In this document: piece by piece, positions 14,135-24,000 of the stretch
Numbering within the stretch: position 1 is the first letter of the stretch
Layout of the letters: every line of letters begins with the position of its first letter
DNA from: a virus
Taxonomy: Duplodnaviria > Caudoviricetes
Length of the DNA stretch: 64,000 nt
Virus record (IMG/VR): IMGVR_UViG_3300032030_000026
Coordinates: 32,001-96,000 of that record
Strand: one strand, 5' to 3'
The notes under the pieces: model-generated
What the model was told of the DNA's origin: nothing
The model's input: the letters and a program-made list of their open reading frames with translations, nothing else
The model's database searches: none
Made by a program: the position numbers and the translations under genes

Positions 14135-14171
14135 ACACCGGTTTTTGTAATATTTATCTCTTATATCCTCG

Positions 14172-14201
14172 AAAGGCTTCTCCGGAAGCCTTTTATTTTT
14201 T
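14172..14201 (+). terminator. Intrinsic terminator
   Basis: AAAGGCTTC-TCCG-GAAGCCTTT plus T run. Confidence 0.8.
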
Positions 14202-14205
14202 ATAC

Positions 14206-14448
14206 ATGAATATACAAGACAACGGAACATATACCAATAATTATTATATCTGGGAGCGCAAGCTGCATCAGCCATATGATTATGAACATAATGGGCTGAT
14301 TAATAGAATAATGTCCCATAAGATATACGAGACAACCAATCCATTTTTGAAATACATAACAGAGATCTATGAAAGATCTTTGGTGTATTGTATGAAGTAT
14401 GCCGATCTCTTGGCAAACTTTATAAACTATAATAAGTGGAATCGTTAA
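14206..14448 (+). CDS. Hypothetical protein
   Basis: 80-aa ORF, TAATG-coupled to the next gene. Confidence 0.6.
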   Translation: MNIQDNGTYTNNYYIWERKLHQPYDYEHNGLINRIMSHKIYETTNPFLKYITEIYERSLVYCMKYADLLANFINYNKWNR

Positions 14449-15458
14449 TGGAAAGAAGATTGGAGTATATCACTATAGATTATAATAAAGACACGGAGGA
14501 TTTTATAGAATTCTATAAGAGTTATGACACTCTGGAGCATGATGGGTGGTACTTTAATTTAAATACGTTCTTTATAAACGGAATAGTATTAAATTTTGAA
14601 GTATATTATCGTCCCAAATACAAGAGACTTGTATATTGCAATTATCAAAAACTAAGGCTCATAGGGTCCGCGATACATTATAAATCCATGATGTGGGCGC
14701 TTGCCGGGTTTGATTATATATGGGATTATCAAAACAATGATCTTGAAGACTGGAAACCCGAATTACAATCTAAAATCATTCGGTATACTGAGGCTCCGAA
14801 GAACATGCATGATAAGTTCGATAATTATGAAATGAGTTTTATAACATGTCTCCCGGGAAGCCCTTTGAGAAAAAATCCAAATTTCAATATTCATCCGCAA
14901 TCCCATATTCTAACAAATGTCAAATTCTGGATTAATGATCATGATCCGGATTTAGATAAAGTCACCGTATACCCATTTTCCGGCTTTGGCCCGGGCACTT
15001 GGATCATGAATGATTGTAATCATATGATGAATAGAGTATCTCAAACCGCTCGAGAATATGAGCACTTGAATAATCCCAAAGTATCAGACCGGATAAAGGG
15101 CAAAGGAAGCATATACATAGGAGCGGATGTATGGATAGGCAAAGATTGTCATATTGTATCCGGTGCAAGCATCGGTCATGGTGCGACCATAGGTATGGGA
15201 TCTATAGTGACCGGAAAGATTCCTCCATATGCTATAGCATGCGGATGTCCGGCTAAGATCATTAAATATAGATTTCCGCGGTGGATAAGAAATGCTCTTC
15301 TAGATATTGCCTGGTGGGACTGGCCGCTTTGGAAGATATATGATAACCTGGATAAAATCGAATCCGACAATATCATCGGATTTATAGAAACATTCGGAAG
15401 CCTTCCAAAATGGAAATTAAAAATGCATAAATTTTTCTACAGGGTAATCGGGAAATAA
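14448..15458 (+). CDS. Hexapeptide-repeat O-acetyltransferase (CatB/Vat-like C-terminal domain) with N-terminal extension
   Basis: IGADVWIG..IGHGATIG..PPYAIACGCPAKIIKYRF..IAWWDWP. Confidence 0.8.
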   Translation: MERRLEYITIDYNKDTEDFIEFYKSYDTLEHDGWYFNLNTFFINGIVLNFEVYYRPKYKRLVYCNYQKLRLIGSAIHYKSMMWALAGFDYIWDYQNNDLEDWKPELQSKIIRYTEAPKNMHDKFDNYEMSFITCLPGSPLRKNPNFNIHPQSHILTNVKFWINDHDPDLDKVTVYPFSGFGPGTWIMNDCNHMMNRVSQTAREYEHLNNPKVSDRIKGKGSIYIGADVWIGKDCHIVSGASIGHGATIGMGSIVTGKIPPYAIACGCPAKIIKYRFPRWIRNALLDIAWWDWPLWKIYDNLDKIESDNIIGFIETFGSLPKWKLKMHKFFYRVIGK

Positions 15459-15483
15459 ACTTTATGTTTTTTGCGCGTTTTTA

Positions 15484-15557
15484 TGCGATATAACAAGCGA
15501 TCTCTCTTGATACAATATAACTATTCATTCAAGAAAAGATCGCTTGAATTTGATATG
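15484..15557 (+). repeat. Convergent-junction hairpin element, copy 1
   Basis: CAAGCGATCTCTCTTGA / TCAAGAAAAGATCGCTTG with conserved flanks. Confidence 0.8.
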
Positions 15558-15561
15558 GTTT

Positions 15562-17286
15562 TTATGGCCTATGCCCGGTAGTAGTATTTGTATTATTGTT
15601 TCCGGATAAATTAGATCCTATAGAAGAACCGGATAATGGTTTGGTCCATCCTCGCATAGCCGCTCTAGCATCTCGAATCGTATTATGGACTGCATTAGAG
15701 CCTCGATTGATAGCATTATCCACGGGCTTTAGTGTTTTGTTGGCTAATTTTCTGCCCATTCTATGTGCAAATGAATTCGGATCCGGTATGATAGATCCCC
15801 AATATAAATTTCCCATAGTAATCTTAGCAAGCTCACTGTTGATTTTAGAATTAACATATCCCCGTGCGGTATCCGTCGCTCCTTTTAAAAAGTCTCTAGC
15901 TAGGCCCCCAACAATTCCGAGATTATATTTATCATCGATGTTTTGGCTATCTTTTGTGGGTATATTTGGGCTTCGGCTTATATTTCCCGAGATCGAAGCC
16001 ATGTTATATCGGGAGGCTATATTAGTGTTTCCGGGTAGTGGCGTAAGTGCCGAGTCCGCTAGTATAAGTTTACCTTCTACATCTCTTAATGCGACTTCGT
16101 CTTTCCGCATGTTTTCATCCATCATGGCCTGATACTCATTCAGCGCATCATTTGGATCCGGTGTGGTATATAATTCGGTTAATGTTGTTTCACCGGTCTC
16201 CGGGTCCGTCCCTTCGAATAAAAATGGAATTTCTTCACCACGCTGATCTTTATATGACTTATATTTCTCAATAGCGCCTTCAAGTTCTTTTGACCCATAA
16301 ACGGTATCCGCCTCACCCCACACATTTTCTTTACTTTGCCGGTCTTCTTTATCCATGTCCATGAATATATAATCTCCAATTATCCGATTTAAAGTATCAT
16401 TAAATCTTTGTTCTATCACATTTTTAAAAGTGATTTTAATCTCATGAGACATACCGAACGGCTCATCAGATTTGACTTCGGTATATGCACTGGCGGCGGA
16501 ATTGGCATCTATTTCACATCCCTGCAGCTCTATAAGTTTGGCCGAAGAAAATATATTCCCGGATCCATCCGACCATTCCCGGTAGCTAGGAATCTCAAAT
16601 GTAACCTCCGGATCACCCATATCCGTCAGGGACACTGGCGGACGCCCGTTCAATCCATGTCTTTCTTTCTCCCTATCCACATCGCCATATCCATAATGAA
16701 CATATGCTAATGGTGTGTTGATGATATATATAGACATATCGAATCTTCGGAGATTGGCGGGTAATATTTCCTTGTGCTGAATTTTAGAAAACGCCACTGC
16801 TTTATATAAATCTAAAAGAGTAGATATGCGGTTATCATAAGAATCTTCAAGTGTTTTAATGGTTATGGATCTGGGTTCTTCGTCTATCTTGAACTCTCCG
16901 GTATATTCCGATCTTTGCAGAGCGTCTTGCAGTCCGTCTATACTCTGAAAATACCAAGGAGAATATGTGTTTATATTTGAAAGCAATGTTACAAAATCAT
17001 CTAACATCTGCTTTCTCTGCATCTCACCATTCACATATAAATAACTAGTAGCCGTATTGGTGTTTTCCGTATAAGTTAACCTAGTAGAATCGAAATCTAT
17101 AAATTCTCGCCCGGTATTCAATAATCCATATCCGGTATTGAAATGGAAAAATATTCTAAAATATAGACTTGCCGGAGTTTCTAAACGATTAAACTCGTCC
17201 GCAAAAGTATCCGAATGTCCACCTGAGCGCCGGAATGCTTCTCGAAGCTGATATATGCTATTATATGATTTTATATTTTCTTGCAT
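15562..17286 (-). CDS. Putative virion structural protein (tail/baseplate region)
   Basis: 574 aa; operonic with gp53-like gene. Confidence 0.55.
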   Translation of the reverse strand: MQENIKSYNSIYQLREAFRRSGGHSDTFADEFNRLETPASLYFRIFFHFNTGYGLLNTGREFIDFDSTRLTYTENTNTATSYLYVNGEMQRKQMLDDFVTLLSNINTYSPWYFQSIDGLQDALQRSEYTGEFKIDEEPRSITIKTLEDSYDNRISTLLDLYKAVAFSKIQHKEILPANLRRFDMSIYIINTPLAYVHYGYGDVDREKERHGLNGRPPVSLTDMGDPEVTFEIPSYREWSDGSGNIFSSAKLIELQGCEIDANSAASAYTEVKSDEPFGMSHEIKITFKNVIEQRFNDTLNRIIGDYIFMDMDKEDRQSKENVWGEADTVYGSKELEGAIEKYKSYKDQRGEEIPFLFEGTDPETGETTLTELYTTPDPNDALNEYQAMMDENMRKDEVALRDVEGKLILADSALTPLPGNTNIASRYNMASISGNISRSPNIPTKDSQNIDDKYNLGIVGGLARDFLKGATDTARGYVNSKINSELAKITMGNLYWGSIIPDPNSFAHRMGRKLANKTLKPVDNAINRGSNAVHNTIRDARAAMRGWTKPLSGSSIGSNLSGNNNTNTTTGHRP

Positions 17287-17288
17287 AA

Positions 17289-18692
17289 CTAATTCTTTTC
17301 TATTTCTTCTTTAATAGGAGTATTATATTTTTCTATTTCCGACCCATCCCGAGATAATAAAAACTCCTGAGACCATTGGAATTGGGTGTGATAATAAAAA
17401 GACATCTCACTTATATAATATTGCCCGGATATCATTTTATTGATAACCCATCCGCCAACGTTATCCATGATTATAGATTCGGGCAAATCTATATTGGAAG
17501 ACACTTCACTATTAGCGGCATCCGTAATGGGTCCGGTAACATAATTATTCTCGTCATACCACCATAGATTAGCTTTACCTCCCTGTACAAGTCCTAGAGT
17601 CGGTATGTTTATAGATACCCGTATTGTTTGTGCATCTATTTTAGATAACATCATATCCTTAGCAGCGTTTCTAGCAAGATAATCATAGTCGCCAAAAAAT
17701 TCTCCTCCATAAACATACGATTTTTGAAGATTATCTTTTACATCACCATTTTCAATAAGCGTGGTGGTTTGTTGAAGGTTATCCATAGAATATGTGTCGA
17801 ATATCTGATCCGTAGACCCCGTCTGTAAAAATTCCGGTATATAATTGTTTATATATAATTGAGAGTTTCTTAAAATTGGGTTGTTATTAAACGCGGCTAT
17901 CATTTTGACCGGCTTCTGGGTATTATCATCTCCGCCTATGCTAGGTGAATTGTCTACCGTCCAGATCTGCAATTTTTCCTCCGGGACTTTTTCATGATAT
18001 TCGGTATATTTGTCTACTAACACCAGATTATTCCAGTAATCTATCCACCAATCAAATATGGATTCTTTAGTTTTATTGTGCGCATAAGATACGGTGCTGC
18101 TAATATGATCGACAATATTCTTCATGGGATTATATATGTATCTCTTATCATCGGTGTCCGTTATGTTAGATGCAAATCCCAGGCCAAATTCCCTGGCGGT
18201 CATTTCCATGAATTCATATGTTGTGATTTCCCCATATGCCCTCATTTCGTGATCCCATAAATTGGGTATATGATAAGAGGCGGACATGGATATGATACTT
18301 CCGTTTATATTCACGGATTCAATATAAAATAGCAAATTTATTTTTTTGTATGCACCCTCAAACGGAGGCAATATTTGTAGTTGCAGCGAGTTATCCCAAG
18401 ATGGAGTATCTAGATTTTTAATCAATCCGAGTTGATCGTCAATGGTGATGTCTAATCTCGGAACTTGATTTATATATAAATGCATATCTACTATTTCCGT
18501 GAAAAAAATCGTTTGATTACACATTCTCACCAGAGGCACCATAACACCATCTACTTTGGTCTGTTTCAAGACAGTAGTATCTCCATCGGAGCCGAATTCT
18601 ATTCCACGAGGGTCGGCTTCGTAGTCCTCCGAGTAAATGGGCATCTTGATGTCAGGTAATATTAGTGTGGGGTCAAAGCGTACTTCTATCAT
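17289..18692 (-). CDS. Putative baseplate hub protein (gp27/gpD-like)
   Basis: 467 aa; follows gp53-like gene; C-terminal SGQYYISEMSF strand. Confidence 0.55.
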   Translation of the reverse strand: MIEVRFDPTLILPDIKMPIYSEDYEADPRGIEFGSDGDTTVLKQTKVDGVMVPLVRMCNQTIFFTEIVDMHLYINQVPRLDITIDDQLGLIKNLDTPSWDNSLQLQILPPFEGAYKKINLLFYIESVNINGSIISMSASYHIPNLWDHEMRAYGEITTYEFMEMTAREFGLGFASNITDTDDKRYIYNPMKNIVDHISSTVSYAHNKTKESIFDWWIDYWNNLVLVDKYTEYHEKVPEEKLQIWTVDNSPSIGGDDNTQKPVKMIAAFNNNPILRNSQLYINNYIPEFLQTGSTDQIFDTYSMDNLQQTTTLIENGDVKDNLQKSYVYGGEFFGDYDYLARNAAKDMMLSKIDAQTIRVSINIPTLGLVQGGKANLWWYDENNYVTGPITDAANSEVSSNIDLPESIIMDNVGGWVINKMISGQYYISEMSFYYHTQFQWSQEFLLSRDGSEIEKYNTPIKEEIEKN

Positions 18693-18694
18693 GA

Positions 18695-19150
18695 TTAGTA
18701 TATTATAACGCGATTTGTTTTATCTATCTTGAATCTTGAGTCTCCGATAATGGCCTCATTTGGTGCTCTCTTTTCCTTAGGCTTTTTATATGATGGCTTA
18801 TTGTTCCATACATCATCTTCACTATCTTCTATATTTTCTTCTTTATCCGCCTGAATTAAAAATTTATCCATATCCTGTATTTCCGGAACATATAATATCA
18901 TACCTTCGTTTAATTCAAACGGATTTTGTATGCCATTAATGCGGCATATAACATCACCATATATGGTTGTGCCATATATAGATTTTGAGACCAAATCCGG
19001 TCTTGCTATGTGTTCGGGAGATACTTCTACAGCCCGGTATGAGAAATTATCCGGCAATACGAAAGATTCTCCAAAAAAATCCATCATATTTTCCTGGAAT
19101 CTTTTTGAGAATCGGATTTGCTTATTTGTCAGTATAGAATTGATTAACAT
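18695..19150 (-). CDS. Baseplate wedge protein, T4 gp53-like (LysM-type)
   Basis: RPDLVSKSIYG...ICRINGIQNPFEL..G..LYVP. Confidence 0.8.
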   Translation of the reverse strand: MLINSILTNKQIRFSKRFQENMMDFFGESFVLPDNFSYRAVEVSPEHIARPDLVSKSIYGTTIYGDVICRINGIQNPFELNEGMILYVPEIQDMDKFLIQADKEENIEDSEDDVWNNKPSYKKPKEKRAPNEAIIGDSRFKIDKTNRVIIY

Positions 19151-19297
19151 ATCTCTTGATTTATGTTATAAAAAATAAACCCGGATATGTGTGAGAATAA
19201 GATTATTCCTCCCGAATAAGATCTCTTAAACGAATGTCAATTTCTAAAGTGCCTACCGGAAAATCAACAATTTCTTGAGGAGATGCTCCTTCTGTAA

Positions 19298-19630
19298 TCA
19301 TATATTCATTTCATTTATTGTCTCTATAAATTGATCCAATGAATCAACCATTATTGTTATACTTCTCAAGCCATCACCCTGATATACTCTTACATCCCAC
19401 TCGGTAAGCTCTTTGAGTTCGGATCCATCCGAATTTGATATCCATCCATCCCCAGTGTATTCAATCTCTTTTTTTATAGTCACCTGAGGAGTATCTACTC
19501 TTCTACCATTTACTATCATAGCATTTGGAGTAAACTTATCAATTTTTACGTGATATCCCGCCCAGCAATCATCTATTATCTCTCTAGACCAGCCGGACGT
19601 TTCAAGCCATTTGTATATATCTTCTATCAT
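19298..19630 (-). CDS. Hypothetical protein
   Basis: 110-aa ORF. Confidence 0.6.
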   Translation of the reverse strand: MIEDIYKWLETSGWSREIIDDCWAGYHVKIDKFTPNAMIVNGRRVDTPQVTIKKEIEYTGDGWISNSDGSELKELTEWDVRVYQGDGLRSITIMVDSLDQFIETINEMNI

Positions 19631-19707
19631 AAATGTAGTTTGAACGTATTTAAATATACAAATAAAGTGATAAATTTACATGTTAAAAAATTAAAAACCT
19701 GTTTTAT

Positions 19708-19746
19708 AAAAAAAAAGAGGTTCGGCTTTATAAGAACTCGAACCTC
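19708..19746 (-). terminator. Intrinsic terminator
   Basis: GAGGTTCG/CGAACCTC hairpin preceded by an A run (U tail on minus strand). Confidence 0.6.
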
Positions 19747-19937
19747 AGATCATTAGTATTGCTACCCACCTTTGATATCTTTCCGTTGTCTAGAGTGACA
19801 TAAAATATAGTTTCACCATTATGCCATTCTATATCGGAGACGAACCCGGAGACATCTATTGGTATGATACAGTCCGCCACAAATCGGATTTTTTTATTTA
19901 AAAATTCTTTTTTAATAAAATCTTTCCAGCTTACCAT
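19728..19937 (-). CDS. Hypothetical protein
   Basis: 69-aa ORF overlapping the upstream stop. Confidence 0.6.
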   Translation of the reverse strand: MVSWKDFIKKEFLNKKIRFVADCIIPIDVSGFVSDIEWHNGETIFYVTLDNGKISKVGSNTNDLRFEFL

Positions 19938-20878
19938 CTCATCTTTTCATACAAATAAGTACTCCAATCCAAAAACGCCGAAGATATAAAGTTCCGATTA
20001 CCGGACACATTATCTTCTATTATATATCCCAGTGCCTGAGAAAGTCTTTTTAGGATGTTAGTCATAGTGACCTGCTCATTAACATCAATATTCACACAAG
20101 TGCAATCCGCAAAATTATTATATAGCGAGACTGATGCTAAAGGCAAGCCAACTTTAATAATATTATCAATATATTTTTTCATCTCCTCACAGATTTCTAC
20201 CTGACCCAGCCAATAAGTAATATCCGAAAATATCTCGATCATATACTTATACATATTATGGCGATATATCAGGAGAGGGTCGCATACGGAAAGGATATCG
20301 GCGGTATAATTAACGGAACCATTAGCACACCCGCATCCCGATTGTTTGGATATGCTGTTTATATCCACATAGCTGTTAAATTTCATAAGAGATTTTATTA
20401 CCTGATCATACATCTCTTGTATGTAATATTGGAGCATATATCGGAGTTTATCGGGATCTTTAGACCAATCATCTATCCAGGTGTCGTTTGCGCACAACAC
20501 TTCAGCCAGCCAGGTGCGGAATCTTTTCAGTTCTTCTAAGGTGATATCATCATCCGTGACAAATTCGTTGAGATATAAGTATTTTTGGAGATTTTCAAAA
20601 TCTTCCACATACGAAGCATAATCTTCAAATAACACATAATCAACGTTTCTAGTCAGCTGGAATGTTTCTTCGCCAATTTCAAAAATCAGCTTGCCGGTTG
20701 GCATTTCGCCGAGTTGTATGCGTTCTAATTCTATGATGTGCTGAACCGTATCCGTAAGGCCATGCACTCCTAGTGGAATCACATAAATATAGTTTACGGC
20801 CAATGCATACTTGCCTTTTAGATTGTCATTGAAAAACTCGGATTCTGTTATGTTGTCTTTAAATTTTACTATATTCAT
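19931..20878 (-). CDS. Hypothetical protein
   Basis: 315-aa ORF. Confidence 0.7.
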   Translation of the reverse strand: MNIVKFKDNITESEFFNDNLKGKYALAVNYIYVIPLGVHGLTDTVQHIIELERIQLGEMPTGKLIFEIGEETFQLTRNVDYVLFEDYASYVEDFENLQKYLYLNEFVTDDDITLEELKRFRTWLAEVLCANDTWIDDWSKDPDKLRYMLQYYIQEMYDQVIKSLMKFNSYVDINSISKQSGCGCANGSVNYTADILSVCDPLLIYRHNMYKYMIEIFSDITYWLGQVEICEEMKKYIDNIIKVGLPLASVSLYNNFADCTCVNIDVNEQVTMTNILKRLSQALGYIIEDNVSGNRNFISSAFLDWSTYLYEKMRW

Positions 20879-20880
20879 AT

Positions 20881-21078
20881 CTACAGTTGATTTAATAAAT
20901 AATGCTTGAGACTCATGGATTCCTTTAAGACCATAAACTCTTTGATTTCCTGATCGGTCATATCTCCATCCGCTATATTCAATACTTCTTTAGATACTTT
21001 AGATCTTTCCAATTCTCCTTTTCGGACGGCCCAAGCCATACGGAAAAGTCTTTGTTGTGATTTTGATTTACTTGGCAT
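20881..21078 (-). CDS. DUF3008-like small protein
   Basis: MPSKSKSQQRLFRMAWAVRKGEL. Confidence 0.65.
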   Translation of the reverse strand: MPSKSKSQQRLFRMAWAVRKGELERSKVSKEVLNIADGDMTDQEIKEFMVLKESMSLKHYLLNQL

Positions 21079-21097
21079 AATTCGCTATAATTTTTTT

Positions 21098-24000
21098 TTA
21101 CACACCATGCACGGTTAAAGCAAATCCGCCGTTTGCCTTTCCGACACAATTACCTAATTTAGTTATTACGGTTTTTAATGCATTCATTTCGGCTTCTAAT
21201 TTTTCTAATTTTTCCTTATTAGGATCTTTCTTAGGAACCTGTGGTTTTGATTTAGAAGATCCATCCGTAGGTTTTGCAAGACCTTCTCTGGATCCTCCTC
21301 CGCTACCTAAGCTGGAGAAGTCTTTATTATTCACATCATCTAAAGCGGCGGTAAGTTTTTCCAATGCTTCCAACAATTTTTCATTAATTACATCAGCGAG
21401 TTTATCAAAATTACCTTGGATGCTATCGGAGAATAAATACAATTCATGCATAAGCTCCTTCAGAGAGGTGACCTTGGAGATATCTAATGTATTCACGGAT
21501 TTGATGAGTTTGACGGAGTCGTCGGTGACCTGCTTCCAAGCGGAGGTGCATTGATTTAAGTTAGATCCGTTTACATTTTGGAATATAGACTTAGCTATCA
21601 GTTCTATGGCATGGCCGGCCGGGGTATCTATCTTGTCTTTTAGGCTCGTGAATTTTATATTTTCATATTTACCGCAGGTCTCCAGATATTTATCATAAGG
21701 GAGGTTCATAAGCAAGCCTAGTGACATGACCTGATCCTTGCTAACATGTCCGGCATCGGAAATGTCCTTCAAGAACCGGCTTGCCATCCAGGTTATAGTC
21801 AGTGTATCTTCGGTTCCGTTATTGATCGTGTGAACGGTTATGTTCTTAGCTTTGATCTGGGTCTTGATCATTTGGTCGGTAGCCTTGCCCATAAGAATAG
21901 TAGACATGAGATAGTTTTTAGTATTATCCAATAATCTATTGACTACATCGGTCTTGAGTTTCTCGTCCATAACGGTAACGGTCTTTTCTATCACATTTCC
22001 AAGAGCATCCATCTGATCATTAAAATTATCCGGTATTTTCCATTTAGATAACTTAACGGCTCTTTTAGCTATCTTATTCAAGATACGGAGTATGTTGCTG
22101 ATAGTATTGACTTTTCGTTTCGTCTGGCGCAATTTTCTACGTTTGACTTTATTCAAAGCAAACACTATACCACCTTCTCCATCCCGACCGACGATTGCGA
22201 ATATCGGAGCGGTGAGCTTATCCGGATTTATCGGGGGCATAGCGGTTACCTGCATAGCTGCTGTGCAGATATCTTTTATCTTCAAAACAGTTTTAGATAT
22301 AGAAGCTATCTTCAATGCGGACTTACCCATTTCTACCAGACCTAGCTGATTCAGATAATAGAGTACACTGCCCTCCTCGTATCCTTTCTTGATACCTAGG
22401 AATCCCTTAGCTTCCTTGCCACCATCCGGAGATAGCTGCAATGCACGGAGAGGTATAAGCATTTTCTCCGATAACTTTCGGGCTACCTCGGTGGGATCTC
22501 CTGTAATACCGGCTGTATCCATAGCCATAGAAGCTTCCGCCAAGGCTTTCATAGCCTGGGCTGCTGTCTGAGCTATTTTAGAAATAGACCACATAGCAGC
22601 CTCCCCCAATAAGAACGCTGCTGCCTGAGGACCTAGAAGCAAGAACCCGGCAATCGCTGCCATGCCCCCAAGTTCGGCTATAACCAAAGCCATGATCTGA
22701 GAGGTTCCCAACAAGTCACCAGCATCGGTCATGGCAGCCACCTCTCCGAGAGATCTAAACGCCGGCATAGCCGCATTTAATATCAGAGTTATACCACCCA
22801 AAGCAGCCTCCCCAATAAGTAAATCTTGTTTAGGTATCTTAGACAGAATAAAAACCATTCCTCCTAATTCCGCCATAACTAAAGTCATAATTTGAGAGGT
22901 TCCCAGCAAATCACCGGCCTCCGTTTCTTTTGACACTTTCCCAATTATACCCATCACAAGTGCGGCCATCCCGGTTAGTATTATAATTAAAGCCATGGGA
23001 ATCACCCCCTTTATAATCTCTTTTTCAAATTTTGCCAAACCCCATATCATCAAAGCCATAGCTCCTAATGTAGTTATCATAACCAACATAGTAAGAGCCA
23101 CCTGTTTGAGATCTATAGTTTCGGCCAATAATGCCATCAGTGCTAAAGTGGCCACCATACCTAGAATAGCAAGGTCTATCAACAATAGTGCGGTAGCTCC
23201 TTTTTTCAAAAATGCCCCGGCTAAACTTAACAGAGCCATCAGACCTAACATAGTGGCTATAAATGTAAATGTTATCCCTATCAAAACCATACCCAACACT
23301 ATCATAGCTCCCGCGGTGATCATAGCCAGGATAATCAGAACAATTCCGCCTATAGCTCCAATCATGCTAGTGATGACCCTATGTGATTTCCGGGACTGTG
23401 CCAATCTGGTAGATATTAAAGACATAACTAATATATATCCGCCTATAATTGCCATGATTATGGGCATGGTAGCCGCGGCCTTCATGGCTTTTTTGGGTTC
23501 CGGCATGTTGTTGATAACCTCACAGAAATCTTTCAATGTCTTAGACATATCTTTGAAGAACGTCTGTGCTTTAGAAGAATTTGCTTCTAAATTTATTTTC
23601 TCTATAAATTTCAAAAGAATCCAATACTCTAGTATAATTATCACAGTTATAGGTAAGATAATCATTAAATTTAACATCCCTATAACAGACGGTGCATTAT
23701 CCGAAGCTCTTTTTAATGACACCATAGCTACGCCCATGCCATTAAAGACTATTAAGGCATTGTTGACGTCTTGATCCGCTAATTTAGCTTTATTAATCAA
23801 CCATACCATTCCGGCAAATTCAAAAACGGCCACGGTGGCGGATATTAACACAAAATTCAGATTAATGGTATCCGCAAATTTTGGAGTATTATCAACTGCT
23901 TGTTTTAAAGATACCATAATCATACCCATGTCGTCAAAGACTTTTAGAACATTGTTAATGTCTTGATTAGCAATTCCGGCTTTATTGATCAACCATACCA

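Noticed and set aside
14448-15458. Antibiotic resistance gene (vat/catB)
   Set aside because: Only the generic hexapeptide C-terminus matches; long unrelated N-terminus; genome context favours sugar acetylation
15484-15557. Integron attC site
   Set aside because: Has TAAC at the left but no matching GTTRRRY at the right; lies between convergent genes; no integrase seen
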